DNA from: Octopus vulgaris
Taxonomy: Eukaryota
DNA length: 64,000 nt
Direction of reading: 5' to 3'
Assembly (NCBI GenBank): GCA_951406725.2
Contig: OX597821.1
Location: forward strand, 112,282,001 to 112,346,000
Made by a program: the position numbers and the translations under genes. Positions 38,573 through 53,218 of the stretch are shown here, one piece after another. Each line of letters starts with the position of its first letter. The first letter of the stretch is position 1. A model generated the notes under the pieces. It made no database searches. It was not told the DNA's origin and worked only from the letters and a program-made list of their open reading frames with translations.

Positions 38573-39179
38573 GTAATAATAGTAATAACTCAGTTTCTAA
38601 AAACGTTTTAAAACAACCAAGTATAATGATCGCGACAATTAAGAGGAAAGAGGTGCTACGGATAACGAAAGTCAATTTGAAGTAGCGAATTCATTTAAAA
38701 ACTCTAAGAGGGTTATGACTTTTTCTTCGAATATTTTAAGTAGTATGCAATACATGGAGGTCAAGTGGTGTTAAGGTCAAGAGCAACTTAATCACTTCCT
38801 ATGAGTGAGGCCCTCATATGTGTGCAGATTGCCTACTTCATATACATAAAAGAGCCCCCAGTCTCAGCAATCAGACTTTCGCTTTCTTACAATAGCTTGC
38901 GTGCGTTACTTGTCATATGACGAGTAACTTCGGAAGGGTACTCCGGAAGGGTACTTTTACCACCATGGATAGCAGCAGAAAATACTGCACACACAAACAC
39001 ACACACAACAACAACAAATATATTCATTTATACTCGGCTGTTATTCGTCACATGACGGATAACTTTGGAAGTATATTTTGGCCACCATGTCTAAGTAGCA
39101 GGAAATATGGTATTCATAGAATAATCGTAATTTAGTTTTTATCGAAGCTCTTGGTGATTATACAAAAGAACGAAATTTT

Positions 39180-40525
39180 TTTATTCTTTTACTCTTTTGC
39201 TTGTTTCAGTCATTTGACTGCGGCCATGCTGGAGCACTGCCTTTAGTCGAACAAATCTACTCCAGGACCTACTTATTCTTTTTAAACCTAGTACTTCCTC
39301 TATCGGTCTCTTTTGCCGAACCGCTAAGTCACGGGGAAGTAAAACACACCAACATCGGTCGTCAAACGATGTGGGGAGGGGGACAGACACACACGACGGG
39401 CGTCTTTCAGTTTCCGCCTATCAACTCCACTCACAAGTCTTTGGTCGGCCCGATGCTATAGTAGAAGACACTTGCCCAAGGTGCAACGCATTGAGACTGA
39501 ACTCGGAACCATGTGGTTGGTAAGCATGCTAATTACACAGCCACACCTGTGCCTAATACTAATTCTCAAAGCAAAAATATTTAATTACCATAACGTGAAA
39601 TTAAACACAACAAATTTCTGCAATCTTAAAAACAGATGTTTGGTACTTATCTTATCGATCTTTTTTGTCAAACCTCTAAGTTACGTGTCATGAAAACGGA
39701 TATCGAAAAAGGTATATAAACACAGAAACACCTGTATATAGCCATACTTTTGCACAGTTTCCGCATACCAAATCCATTCACAAGGTTTTAAGTCAGCCTA
39801 GGGTTAGAGCATAAGAGACTTGGAGATGCCATGTCGTGAGACCGAACCTGGAACCAAGTGGCTAGGAAGAGAACTTCTTAAGAACCACACGACAGTACCT
39901 ATTTCTTATTTCTTTATTGCCCAGAAGGGGCTAAACATAGAGAGGACAAACAAGGGCAGACAAAGGGATTAAGTCGATTATATCGACCCCAGTGTATAAC
40001 TCGTACTTAATTTATCGACCCCGAATTTGAACTCAGAACGTAACGGCAGACGAAATACCGCTAAGCACTTCGCCCGGCGTGCTAACGTTTCTACCAGCTC
40101 GCCATTAGCTATGCTTTAATGTAAAGCTCCATGGTGTTACGAGATTAACCAGCGTCGCTGGCCGTATTTTTTGATCTGATCGGGGACACAAGATGGGGTC
40201 CAATAATATGTGAATGTGGAGAAGCAGTCCATACAAGAAGCACCACCTTTTCTATTCCCATTATCCAACACCTGTAGCTCAAAAAAACCTTTCAGAGTTC
40301 AATAATAATAATAATAATAATGGTTTCAAATTTTGCCACAAGGGCAGCAATTTGTGAGAGGGGATGAGTCGATTATATCGACCCCCAGTGCAAAACTGGT
40401 ACTTCATTTATCGACCCCGAAAGGATGAAATGCAAAACTGACCTCGGCGGAATTTGAACTCAAGAACGTAGCGACGGGCGGATATACCACTAAGCATTTC
40501 GTCCAGCACGCTAACGCTGCCTTAA
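39180..40525 (-). mobile_element. SINE cluster: B (39180-39555), decayed B (39640-39890), A variant (39895-40105), A (40320-40525)
   Basis: Family-diagnostic motifs, all on the minus strand. Confidence 0.85.
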
Positions 40526-41339
40526 TATGAATGCCCCCAACGGTAATTAACAACCAGGTATCAAAGCTTATACAGTGTGGAAAGCGATCCTGTGAGACCT
40601 CTGACGGCAGAATGCTGTCCGCTGTCACAGAACCAACCAGAGCAAACAAGACCAAACGCTCTGAGAAAACAACAACAACAACAATAATAATAATTTCTTT
40701 TATTGGCCACAAGGATCGAAGACCCGGAGAACAGTATCAGAGACGAGATACAACTGACAAAACAAGGAGAGACTACAACATCAAATGATATAGCAAAAAA
40801 AAAAAAACATATAAATAGAAATTACAAAAAATGAATAATAAACGAATAGACTCCCACATAATGGGGTAGCCCACTTTATGTAATTAGGGGTAAACACCAC
40901 ACAAAAAGACCAGGATTACTCTGCCACCTCCAAAACCGTCTTAAGAAATGGGAAACAGTCACGTCAATATTACATTTCCAAGAATCGAGAGAAGACTAAG
41001 ACACCAATAAATTCTTGTCGACTCGCTACTCTCGGAATTGATTACAATTAAGAAAAAAAACATTAATTTACACATCCAACTTGGGAAAGGCATTAACGTC
41101 ACAATTCTTCTTTATCTTCTCTCTCTTCTCCCGTCTGTAAATTTAACGGATTGTGACAAATTAAGAGATATTTACAGAATATCAGAACGGGGCAGATGGA
41201 TTTTTACATTAAACGCTAAACTCCATTGCGATTTATCTCCTTCAGCCTTGACATATATTCCTCCCATTCATCTCAGTTTACTTTTCAAAGGTTTGGAAGC
41301 AGCTGTAATTAAGTGACTCGTACCTATCAGTAAAAGGCG

Positions 41340-41383
<44 letters not shown>

Positions 41384-41838
41384 AGGAGACGAAAGCCAAC
41401 GGTAGAACCAGAACCAAGACGAAGAATAACAGAGAAACAAACACCTTCTTTTGAATATTGATTGAGATTTTTAAAGGGAAAGTCGAATGTAATCATGGAT
41501 GATAACAGATACGTCCGTAAAAAAAACCCCAGCTCCATCTCCCTCCTCTCCCCTCTCTCTTTCGGTGCCGCTGTCTGTCATTGGGGGTGGGGTGGGGTGG
41601 GGTGGGGTGGAGGTGTAAACAGACCTTCAGAAGATACAACTTTACTTGTGGTGCTGATGATTCTATTGGCAGAATCAGTCACTCGTTCCGAGAAACAAGC
41701 CAAGGAAAATACATACCTGTCTATTTTTACGGGATTCTTCAGATGAAGGGAAATGCGTGTATATATGTATGTGCGCGCACACACACACACATATGTATGT
41801 ATGTAGTATAGACATACATAAAACACACATACACACAC

Positions 41839-41873
<35 letters not shown>

Positions 41874-41925
41874 AAAGAGGTGTGTATATATATATATATA
41901 TATATATTGTGACGCGAAGCAGAGC

Positions 41926-41956
<31 letters not shown>

Positions 41957-42034
41957 CAAAAAGGAAAAAGTAGCGAGAGAAAAAGAAAAGAAATAAATGT
42001 ATATACATATATACATATATATACAAATATATAT

Positions 42035-42067
<33 letters not shown>

Positions 42068-42072
42068 CATAC

Positions 42073-42127
<55 letters not shown>

Positions 42128-42778
42128 AAAATATATATATATATATATATATGAGGAGACACATAAAATACACACACACATATTGTGGCGTGAACCAGTG
42201 GGAGAGATAAAGAAGAAAAACGAGAAAGAAAGAAAGAAAGAAACAAGGCTTCTGTTTGTGACAAGAATGACGCATTGTCGAAGATATCTTTGGCTAGAAA
42301 CGCTAGCCGAAAAATGAGTTGTTTTCCGGTAGCTACTTGTGTTGACAAGAACAGTTATTCAGAACAAAGCCGAGCCTCGTTTTAAGTAATGCATGCCTCT
42401 GTAGCCATTACACTCCATCATCGAGGTGTTTTTAGCATATATCGACAGCACCACGAACACGGGTTTTATAAAGCGAGTGTGTGTGTCTGTGTATGTGCAC
42501 GCACGGATACATAAATGTGTAACGTATATAAATATATTCACATAAATGCATGTGTGCATACATGTTTGAAAACGAGCGAACGAGAGAGAGAAAGAGAGAG
42601 GAGAGAGAGAAGAGAGAGTGTATATATATATATATATATAGATACATTTATTTATACGCACGCACGCACACACATATATGGAAGCGAGAGAGTGTGATGG
42701 ATATGTGTGTGTACGTATCTATATGTAAATATTACATCATAAATACATATATGTATGTATGTATATGCACAGACACGC

Positions 42779-42858
<80 letters not shown>

Positions 42859-43261
42859 CGTATATATGAATAAATACACACACATTTATGTCAAAGAGAG
42901 GATCACCTGTCGGCACACACAATGAGTTGTTCCATTGTTTTACTGGGAAATGTCAATAATCGATAAAAAGTGCTTTTGTCTTTTGCTTGCTTCTGTTTCC
43001 CTTTATCACACACACACACAGAATCATATTTCTGGTCTTTATTAACGACAGTTCTGGTGTTTCAACGTGACATATCTACGTGTTTGTGCGTCGTCACCGC
43101 TGTTGTATATAAACGTTAGCAGCCTCCACGCATTTTCTTTTTAAGAACCGATCTTAATGTGGTTGTTTAGCCCCGAGTCATCGGTGATCAAAGGCGTTCC
43201 AACGACGGAACATGCCATCAAATTCTTGATCGAAAGCGACCATTCCAATTGTCTTTGATTT

Positions 43262-43776
43262 TCATCCTTTATCTTTTATCCTTGACTTGTTTTAGTCATT
43301 GGACAACGGTCCAAACCTGGACACTGCCTTGAAGGGTTTCACTCCAGACATGGACAATCCCTTTTCGAGAAGCGGGCCGCATGAGACAGCGTCCATCATC
43401 AGGCGAGGTGCATTGCTAATAAATTCAAGCTTTTCGGTAGACGTGCTATACAGAAAGTCCCGTGGGCCGCAGTTTGCTCATGGTTGGTTTGGATGACGAA
43501 ATCAATCCTAGTATTTATTTTTTATAATTTGGCACTTATTTTATTGGTCTCTTGCCGAACCGCCAGGTTACGCGCACGTAAGCAAACCAACACAGGTGGA
43601 CCAACACACACATATATTAGTATATGTTTACGGCGGGTTCCTTCAGTCTAGCAATCCAACTACAAGGCTTTTGTTGGCTTGGGTATAGTAGAAGACAAGG
43701 TGCCACGCAATGGGAATGAACCCGAAACCATGTGGTTGAGAAACAGACCTGTTACCACATAACCGTGCTGCACCTA
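43262..43776 (-). mobile_element. SINE family B interrupted by a hAT-type MITE (~43344-43486)
   Basis: The SINE is collinear on both sides. The insert has CAGACATGGACAA / TTTGCTCATGGTTG ends and internal GCGGGCCGCA motifs. Confidence 0.65.
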
Positions 43777-44443
43777 TTCTTTTCTCTTTTTTTTTTAATT
43801 ATTTTTATTATTTTTTATCAATGGCAAAGTGATAATGAGTGAGATTAAGTAGTTATTTCTAGCAGATCATGTGATCATACACAAGCTCTCTTTGATGGTT
43901 TGACTCAATTTTTCTAATTTATTGATTAATAAAGGCGATACATCCACAGTCTGAAGCTCATTCATTGATTTTTCTAACCGTAGATATTGATGAATAAGTA
44001 TGATCAAAGGTAGTCCGGCCATGACCATCCCATGATGCCTCATTACCGATCCAGCCCTTGCTTCTAAAATAACAGTAGCCATATGGCCTTTCTACAGCAA
44101 GAAACCTGTTCTGCTCTGGTCCCTTCTCTCATACTTTGACCCCTTAACCTCTTGTAAAATGGCGTGTCTCTTGGTGTACGGAGTCTTGCAAGAAGCATGG
44201 CATAGCAATATCATTAGTGCTGATGCCATAGGAAAATCAAGTACCCAGTTCATACTGTAACATAGTTAGGAAGGGTACCCGGCCGTAGAAAGTATGCCAA
44301 AAGCACAGTGGAAAACGTTGCAGTCCCAGACACACAAATCAAAACACCCCTCCATAACAATCCAGCCTAAAATGTAATTACCACTCCACTCAAAGCCACA
44401 CACCCAAGGAATATTTTACCTCAACGATTGATTTCAATGTAGC

Positions 44444-44495
44444 ACAGTCCGACGACGGCTTAAATGGCCAAAACTTCGAAGACACAATCAATAAT
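44444..44495 (+). ncRNA. Degenerate hammerhead-like motif (family 2)
   Basis: CCGACGA-C-GGCT-TAAAT-GGCC-AAAACTTCGAAGAC...TCAATAA, collinear with 6641-6685. Confidence 0.4.
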
Positions 44496-44771
44496 TCTTA
44501 TATAATTCTCATATATATATATATATATATTTATAAATATAAGAGAGTGGTCACTATATTGATCACTCTAGCACCAGTTAATCCAAAAGGTTTCAACCAC
44601 GAAAATGCATGTTTCCCATGAAAGCCAGTACGACTGTTAGCTCACACGGACAGGGCAAATAAAAAATAACAAAAATACAGATTATTTTGGGTGTGGAATA
44701 AATATACTATTAAATTAGTATCTAATTCTCTCACCCTTATTAATTAATTATATATATATATATATATATAT

Positions 44772-45241
<470 letters not shown>

Positions 45242-45740
45242 GTAAATACACATATATTAACAAGACATTCGCAGAGCACAGTAACCACATGAGCAGTTTG
45301 AATGCACACAACATCAAAGATCTTTCGAGAAAGAGGGCAACCTATGCAACTTGCTTGTTGCTTTACATGTTTATCATTGAGATTTTAAAATCGTTCATAA
45401 TATTAGTAGCGCCATTGCACTGAAACAACTCCATATTGTCTATTAGTTTCTCAAAGATGAAAGGGATTTAACAACACAAATCTGTGTATGTGTTAGTTGG
45501 TTTTCCAGGTCAACTCACCTGCCAATTAGAATTAAATTTATTTTAGATGTTAATGCCGTTTTAACCCTTTTAAGATTAGTTATCTGGTTTTAATCTTACG
45601 CCATCTTCTTCGTCGTTTATTACGATTTTCTCTTGTGTTCTTTGGCACTAATCCCCCATCTGCTGACAGAATTTCTGTTAGCTTTACATATATATATATA
45701 CACATACACACAAACATTATATATACATACATATGTATAT

Positions 45741-45807
<67 letters not shown>

Positions 45808-47089
45808 CAATCCATCAAGCTAACATTTTGTAATTATTGCTACTTTGCCTTCCCCTTCACCCCATCCTAGCCTCGCGATCTGTATGAAAAGTGTTTAATA
45901 TATGCTTGAAGGAAGGAGGAAAAACAGACTTGATAATCCGAACATATTTTATTATTACTAGCTTAACTATAACATAAGGTTTACCACACATAACCTTAAT
46001 CCTAATCATAATCTTTTGACATAAAACATGCAGTGTGTGTGTGTGTGTGTGTATTAAAATGCACATGTATCTAAGTATGTATGTATGTATATGTATATAT
46101 TCATACACACACTCTCAGGTGTGTAGCTACCTACAAAAGGTAAAAACGTAAAACACACACACACGCACGCACATGCGCACACAATTATGCAAAAGATAGG
46201 GAGACGGAGAAAAGGCATTTTATTCGACTATTAATGACACTAGCGTCCCTCTTCAACACGAGCCCTACTGAAGGACAGAGATTACGTATAAAGGTCGGTC
46301 TTTATACTGCTATCTTTCTGCTGCCAAACAATGCCTATAATTACAACTTCTGAAATTGTATTGCAGAAAATCCTGAAGATCAAGAGGTATGTTTCTTATG
46401 AGACACGTACTCTGTCATTGTTTATAAATCTTGGTAGAAATTGGCTCACATTAACGAAGAAGGAGGATCAAGAAAATCTCTCAGAAGATTTCCTGTTCTA
46501 CGGTATTGTTTCTCTACGATGTTAGATAATGGTCTAGCGAGAATTCTAATTACACTGTTGATTAAGCGCTACTGAAGTCTCAAAATTCTTTTTCACTGGT
46601 GAATCGTGTGTTATAAACACGAATCGTCTAAACGAATCGACTTCTGAAGACGAAAAACAACAGCGATCAGCATATTCACGTTCAAATCCGCCAGAACGTA
46701 TTAAGAATGAGTAGATACGTTGTTGCAAGGATTCTAACTCTTCTGTGTGCACCTCATGAATTATCATCTTCCTTGTATTGCCTTAAAATGATCGTCTGAG
46801 GGAGATTTGACTGCTATTTTCAGTAAATATAGCGACCACATACTTAGGTCCGCCCTCTTTCGAGCACGTTCATTTGTCGGCGTTATGGTAATCACAACTA
46901 GTGTTAGACATTAATGATTAAAGATTAAAGTTTAACGTAAACATTAATCATACAAGAAATACAAGCAGTTTATTGAAACGCAGGTCAATCCGAACTGAAA
47001 AATGCTATGATCGAAGACAATCAAATGGTGACCATCATGTCTTTTTGCTGTAAGGTTTTCATCTACATAGGGTCTATTATCTTCTAATG

Positions 47090-47290
47090 CAGTGGTTTTC
47101 AACCAGGGTTCCGCCAGTACAGTCCAGGGGTTCCGCGAGAAGTTACAAAACTGCTAAAATCGGCAGTAATTTTTAATTCTCCTGAGCAGATATGTGTGTA
47201 TAAGACTATTAAATTATTGCACAGGGGTTCCTCGAGCCAGTGGAATGTTTCCTTGGGGTTCCGCTCCAGCAAAACGTTTGAAAAGCACTG
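47090..47290. mobile_element. hAT MITE, 201 bp, perfect 8-bp TSD
   Basis: TTCTAATG|CAGTGGTTTTCAA...TTGAAAAGCACTG|TTCTAATG, with internal GGGGTTCC repeats. Confidence 0.92.
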
Positions 47291-48104
47291 TTCTAATGTA
47301 TCATTTATATTATTTTTCTTAAAATGAAAATTTGACTGCAATTTTTAGTACATCGAGCGATCACGTACGTAGAACCCATACTCGCGTTAGTTCGATCATT
47401 AATCGAACAACAAACACAGCCAGTTTACTGAGGCCCAGGTCAATTCTAATCGAAAAACTCTCTGCTACAAGATATTCCAATTATGACCATCCCATCGTTT
47501 TAGCCGTACATTGTCTTTCTATTTTCTTAAGTTGATAATTAAGAGGGAGATTTCGCTGCTATTTTTTTTTATTACATCGAACCACCACGTGCGTAGAGCC
47601 GCCGGGCCGCTCGTCCTCTCCCCACACTCCGCTCCCTGCCCCGTTCCTTCAATCATTCATTCGTCAGCGTTATCCTATCATCACTAGTGTCAATAGTTTA
47701 AAAGATTAAAGTTTAACGTAAACATTAATCACACAACAAATGCAGCCGGTTTTTCGCTTTTTGTCTGCGGTAAAATCGTTTTAAAACGCAACTCAATGCA
47801 GTAACGAACCAATTACGACTCATTAACCGGTAACTAATTACTACTTTACAATTACTAATTAATATTTCATGCTAAACACGTAGTTTTTTTTATATTTATC
47901 ATCCCCTTTACTTTCCACCATCTTCTCTTTCTCTCTTCTTCCTCTTCCTTCTGCCCTCGCCACATATCCATCTCACCACAGACAGTTCTATTCTTTCTCT
48001 TTAATCGTCTACCACATAACACGGCTGTGTAAATAGTTCTAAGTAGGTTGCTGTTATCGGTGGGCGGCGAACAATTGAAGAGAGAAGCGATTTAATTAGC
48101 AAGC

Positions 48105-48137
<33 letters not shown>

Positions 48138-48159
48138 TATAATAATAATAATAATAACG

Positions 48160-48895
48160 ATAATGGCGTCAAACGTTGGAACAAGGCCAGACCGTTACAT
48201 CGCCCCCCAGCACTTGACTGGTATTCATTTCTATCTACACTGAAGGGATGACGTGCAAGTGCCGACTTCGGTGGAATTTGAACTCAGAACATGATGACAG
48301 GCGAAATGCCGTAAAGCATTTTGCCCGGCGTGCTAACAATTCAGCCAGCACGCCTCCCTATTAATAATAATGATAATGATGATGATTTCAAATTCTGGCA
48401 CAAAGGTTAAGTCGATTATATCGATCCCAGTGTTCGACTGGTACTTATTTTATTGATCCCGATAGGATGAAAGGCAAAGTCGATCTCGGAGGGATACGAA
48501 CTCGGAACGTAATGAACCGGAAGAAAGCCGCTAAGCATTTTGACTGACGCGCTAACGATTTTGCTAGCTTGCCGCTATGACAATAACAAGGGTGGTAACG
48601 AACATTTAGAGAGTAAGGCGGGAATTTTGAAAGGAGAGGGTTAGTCGAAACCAATACTGGGCTGGTTTTCGGTTTTATCGACCTTGACCGGATGAAAGGA
48701 AGGTGGAGATGAGCTCAAGAGGATTTGAACTCGTAACATAAACAGCCGATAAAGCATTTTCCCGGCTCTCTAACGAACGACATGGTTTGGGGTTCAGCCC
48801 CACAACGTGGCACCTTGGTTAGAGGTCTTCCACTATACCCTGAGCCGACCAAAGCGTTATAGTTGGATCGCTAGACTGAAAGAAGCCCGTTGTAT
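48160..48895. mobile_element. Three SINE A copies (minus) and a SINE B 5' part (plus, 48780-48895)
   Basis: Family-diagnostic motifs. Confidence 0.8.
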
Positions 48896-49977
48896 ATATA
48901 CTGAAAAGCTACCAATTTATCTCTCTACGTTGCCTCTTCTATGATAAGCGTCGGCTGCTTTACACGTCATTCATACCTTGATTGAGTAATTCAGTGAGCT
49001 TGATTTGGCTGGTGTTTCTAGGAGATCAAGCGACTACATACAGGCTCTGTCTTTGATTCGTTGATATATTATAAGAGAGAACAATAGTGATACAATCATA
49101 TGCAGAATTCAATGTCGGTAATCCTCTCATGAAATCACAAAAGGCGTGCGTAATTCTAATTTCCAGTTTCCGTTAAGCGGATGAGAAATAAATCCACTTC
49201 ACCACTCTCGCTACCATTATCACCATTGGTTAATATGTTGTTAGTAAATTTCCGAGTAGAGGCGGGTGAGGCGTGGAAAGATTGGTTTTACCCATTTATT
49301 TATCCATTCATTCATTGTTATGTGAAGTAAGACAAAGGAGAGAAAGCTGCTGTGCGACGCGTCCCGCCAAGAAAATGCAACGAACGTCGGCAATGGAACA
49401 AATCTATGGCAGACATATTGTAAAAGACGGACGGAAAAACCGAGATGCTGTGCATTGTCTGAATTTTCTCAACACACACACACACACACACACACGGGTG
49501 AGCGAACAAACGAAAGGTAGCGACACTCAACACATTTAGTAGCAGTTACAAATATTATTTAATAACAAATTGATTCGGTTCCATGCAACTTGCTGTTTCG
49601 AACCTCTGTGGACAGAAAGATATAAATAAGAACACCATACCCAGCTCTGAAAGCCCTCTATAGACTGGTTAACAGCATTTCTAACGTCTTAACTGTCTTC
49701 AGTACCAGATACCAAGGGAGATGACTCTATTCTAGTGGAAAGCTTAGCTTTATAAGCTTTATAAAAAAATCAGTACACACACACACACATACATGCATAT
49801 ATGCATAGATACACGTTACTGTTTGTGCTGCCAACTAAGCAAAATGTTTCGTTAAAGAGGTCAGATTAGACCGAAACATCAGCAGATGATTTTAACGACC
49901 AAATTCGCTCCTCTAACTATTTATCTCTCTCTGAAAGTGAGATAAAGATAGAGAAAGTGACGGGGCGGAGAATGATT

Positions 49978-50021
<44 letters not shown>

Positions 50022-50885
50022 GAGGGTGAAGAAGAGGATAGCAGGGAAAGAAAAGAATGAAAAAGGGGAGGCGTGGGAATGAAAAGGGAAGAGGTGAGAG
50101 TGACAGGGAAAAAAAAGGGAAGGGAGAGAAATGCAAGAAAAGAGAGAGACGGGAGAGAAAAAGGAGAAAGAGAAAATGAAATGTAGAAACAAAGATAGTG
50201 AGAGGGAAAAGGTGAAGAGAAACAGAGAGAGAGAGAGAGAGGGCAATAAGGGAATCTTGCTAAAAGATTTTTCCATTCTTAAAATAACAGGATTAGATTC
50301 TTCAGTGAAATCTGATAGTTCCTTCTCCCTCCCCCACCGCTACCCTCTCCTTCCCACCTCAGTTGCCGTTCAAGGTGAACCTCGAGCTTTTTTCCCCTCT
50401 TCCTTTTTCTCTTCTGTCCCCACCACCACCTTTTTTTCTTCTTCAAATGCTTTTAAATTTATTGATATCAAAACGATACGGGTTAATGGTCGGGGCGGTG
50501 GGGGGGGACGTGGAGGGGGTGATGATGATGATGATGATGGTGATGATGACGGCGATGACAATATAGTAGAACAGATATCGAAGGAAATAAGATGATGGCG
50601 GTGGTGGGGATGCTGGTAGCACCAGTGATGGAGGTGATGCGGCAACGGCAGAACATTAATGGTGAAATGATGATGGAATCACAGTGACACAGAAGAAATA
50701 GCAGCAGCAACAGTAGTAGTAGTAGTAGTAGTAGTAGTAGCAGTAGCAGCGCAGGTGGTGGCGGTGTTGGTGTTAGTAGATTTAGTGGTGATGACATCAT
50801 AGTAAAGCTAGTAGTTGTGGTGACGGTGGTGGAGGTAGATGAAGTAGTGGAAAATTTTGGTGATAGAATCCATTATGATATTGAG

Positions 50886-51263
50886 CAGTGGTTCGCAACC
50901 CTTTTTTTTTTACTATTCTACTCGTTCGACCCCCATAACCATTTGATATTTAAGAAATCCTGTTATATTCATATAATTAAATATTATTAGAAATTGTGTG
51001 CCTTTCATCCTTTCGGGGTCGATGAAATAAGTACCAGTTGAACACTGGGGGGGGGGGGGTCAATGTAATCAGCTTAGACCCCTCTCGCCAAAATTTGGGA
51101 CCTTCTGCCTCCAGCAGAAAGGATTATTATAAATTGTATAAAGACAATTGTTAACAACATTTCGTGTATTGTTAAAGTATAACTAAATTATTGCACGTAA
51201 ATTTTAACAACAAAATCATACGAACCCCTAAGGGTCATAAGGGCTCTGGTTGAGAACCCACTG
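50886..51263. mobile_element. hAT-type MITE containing a 5'-truncated SINE A (50998-51130)
   Basis: TIRs CAGTGGTTCGCAACC / GGTTGAGAACCCACTG. The SINE insert is flanked by ATTATTAGAAATTGT / ATTATTATAAATTGT. Confidence 0.7.
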
Positions 51264-51317
51264 GCTTAGAGGGAAGGTGTCAAGAGTAGGCCAGTCGTAA
51301 CTAAGCAAACATAATAT

Positions 51318-51898
51318 TGATTTCAAGTTTTGGTACAAGGCCAGCTATTTCGGAGAAGAGGGTAAATCGATTACATCGACCCCAGTCGTAGAACCTTGCA
51401 GCGCGAGTGCCCCATTGTACGAGTAATTTGCTGTACAAGCCTAGACTTGTGCGAATTATTGTCTTGAAGTACGAGCCGCAGTACGAGCACACAAATCGTC
51501 CCATCTTTAAGGTAATTCAGTTAATAAAACCAGTTTGCATATTTCTTTTGCATTCTCTTTTTTATAATTGTCATTTTACTTGTAATTACACTTTTTCTGT
51601 TTTAAAACCCTTTAAAAAAATATTTTTGAGTGATTTTGAGGGGCTCGAACGGATTAATTATATTTTAATTAATTTCAATGGGGGAAAATTGATTTGTAAA
51701 TTGAGGAGTTCGGTCATGGAACGAATTAAACTCGTACTGCGAAATACCACTGTACTCGACTGATACTTATTTTTATCAACCCCGGAAAGATGAAAAGCAA
51801 AGTCGACTCCAGCGGAATTTGAACTCAGAACGTAAAGACGGACGAAATGTGGCTAAGCATTTTGCCTGGCGTGCTAAACGATTCTGCCAGTTCGCCGT
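51318..51898 (-). mobile_element. SINE family A interrupted by a Tigger-like MITE (~51387-51752)
   Basis: The SINE breaks at CGACCCCAGT and resumes at TACTCGACTGATAC. The insert ends AAACTCGTACTGCGAAATACCACTG|TA with a matching decayed left TIR. Confidence 0.75.
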
Positions 51899-52201
51899 TT
51901 TTTAAGAAGACACATTTGAAGACAATCCAGATTTGTGATCGAACGTATTCCTGGTGTGGTTCATATGTTTGTCTTCCCGAGACATTATGAATATATCTAG
52001 GACTGCATTAGTCTAATGTATCTTGGACTTCACTGGTGCAATAGATCTTTCCTATTCTTTTTCATAAAGTTGCTTATGATTTGAAGTAAACTTGGCTAAT
52101 ATTTTTTAGCAGAAAGGGAGAGGTATCCTTCGCTGACCCTTGCTTTATACAAGCTGCGTGATTGCATGCCAGCGTATATAAATATGTATGAATGTGCATG
52201 C

Positions 52202-52236
<35 letters not shown>

Positions 52237-53218
52237 CGTGTATGCGCGTGTGCGTGTGTGTGTGTATGTGTGTATACACACGCACATACACACATACACG
52301 CACGACTGGCTTCTTTCAGTTTTCGTCTACCAAATCCAATCACAAGGCTTTGGCCGGTCCGGAGCTACAATAGAAGAAATTTGCTCAAGGGTGCCACGCA
52401 ATGGGATTGAACCCAAGGCTACATAGTAGAGACCTGAAAATCCTCTCCTCTAACCAAAGGAGTGTATCCTAAGTGGAATATCTCTTCATGCTAAAGTGCA
52501 AGAAAGTGATTCATTTTACAAGAAATACGACACTTTTTTCGTTGACTGGAAATGAGCAAGCTTTTAGATTCGGAAGATGCGGGTAGGTGGAGACACTGTC
52601 GCTACAGTTATTATTGAAGGAGTGTGACTGCGACTAAAGAGTTACTGGACACCCGAAATCCGGATGAATTAACTACTAATATGAAACAACACATTATACG
52701 TCTTTAATTAATCATAGTTAATGAGAATAATAAACCTAGTGATTAAAGGTTTAGTTGTCTTCCACTGCCATTATAGTTATGGAATTGAATTTAAGCAAGC
52801 TTTTAATTTTCTTTTATAAACAGCAGAGAGAAAGAAAGGTTTGAAATAGTACGGACAGTGCCAGAGAAGGTGGTGGTGGTGGTGGTGGAGGAAATCGAAG
52901 TTCAATAACAAATATAATTATAATTTCCATGCAGAAATTGTGGAAACACCACGTTTTATAAACATCTTTATGTGTTTCTAATTCGTTGCGTCAATTTCAA
53001 GGCGAGAGCCATGCGTCAATTTCAATCCTGTCTTTACGTTCTGAGTTCAAATTCCTAGGTTCAAATTTCTGAACCGAGCGGGATGTTGTGTTCTTCATCA
53101 AGGCACTTCATTTCAATAGAGCACACACAGTCGATCGACTTGCTGAAAACAGCAGCCAACTCTCTATTTCTTATAAATTACTCATTAGATAATGTACTCG
53201 TAGATAAACTATGTTTTT

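Noticed and set aside
41578-42348. Longest ORF in the track (256 aa) and the many YIYI/VCVC/THTH/ERER ORFs
   Set aside because: Dinucleotide microsatellites lack stop codons; no domain content.
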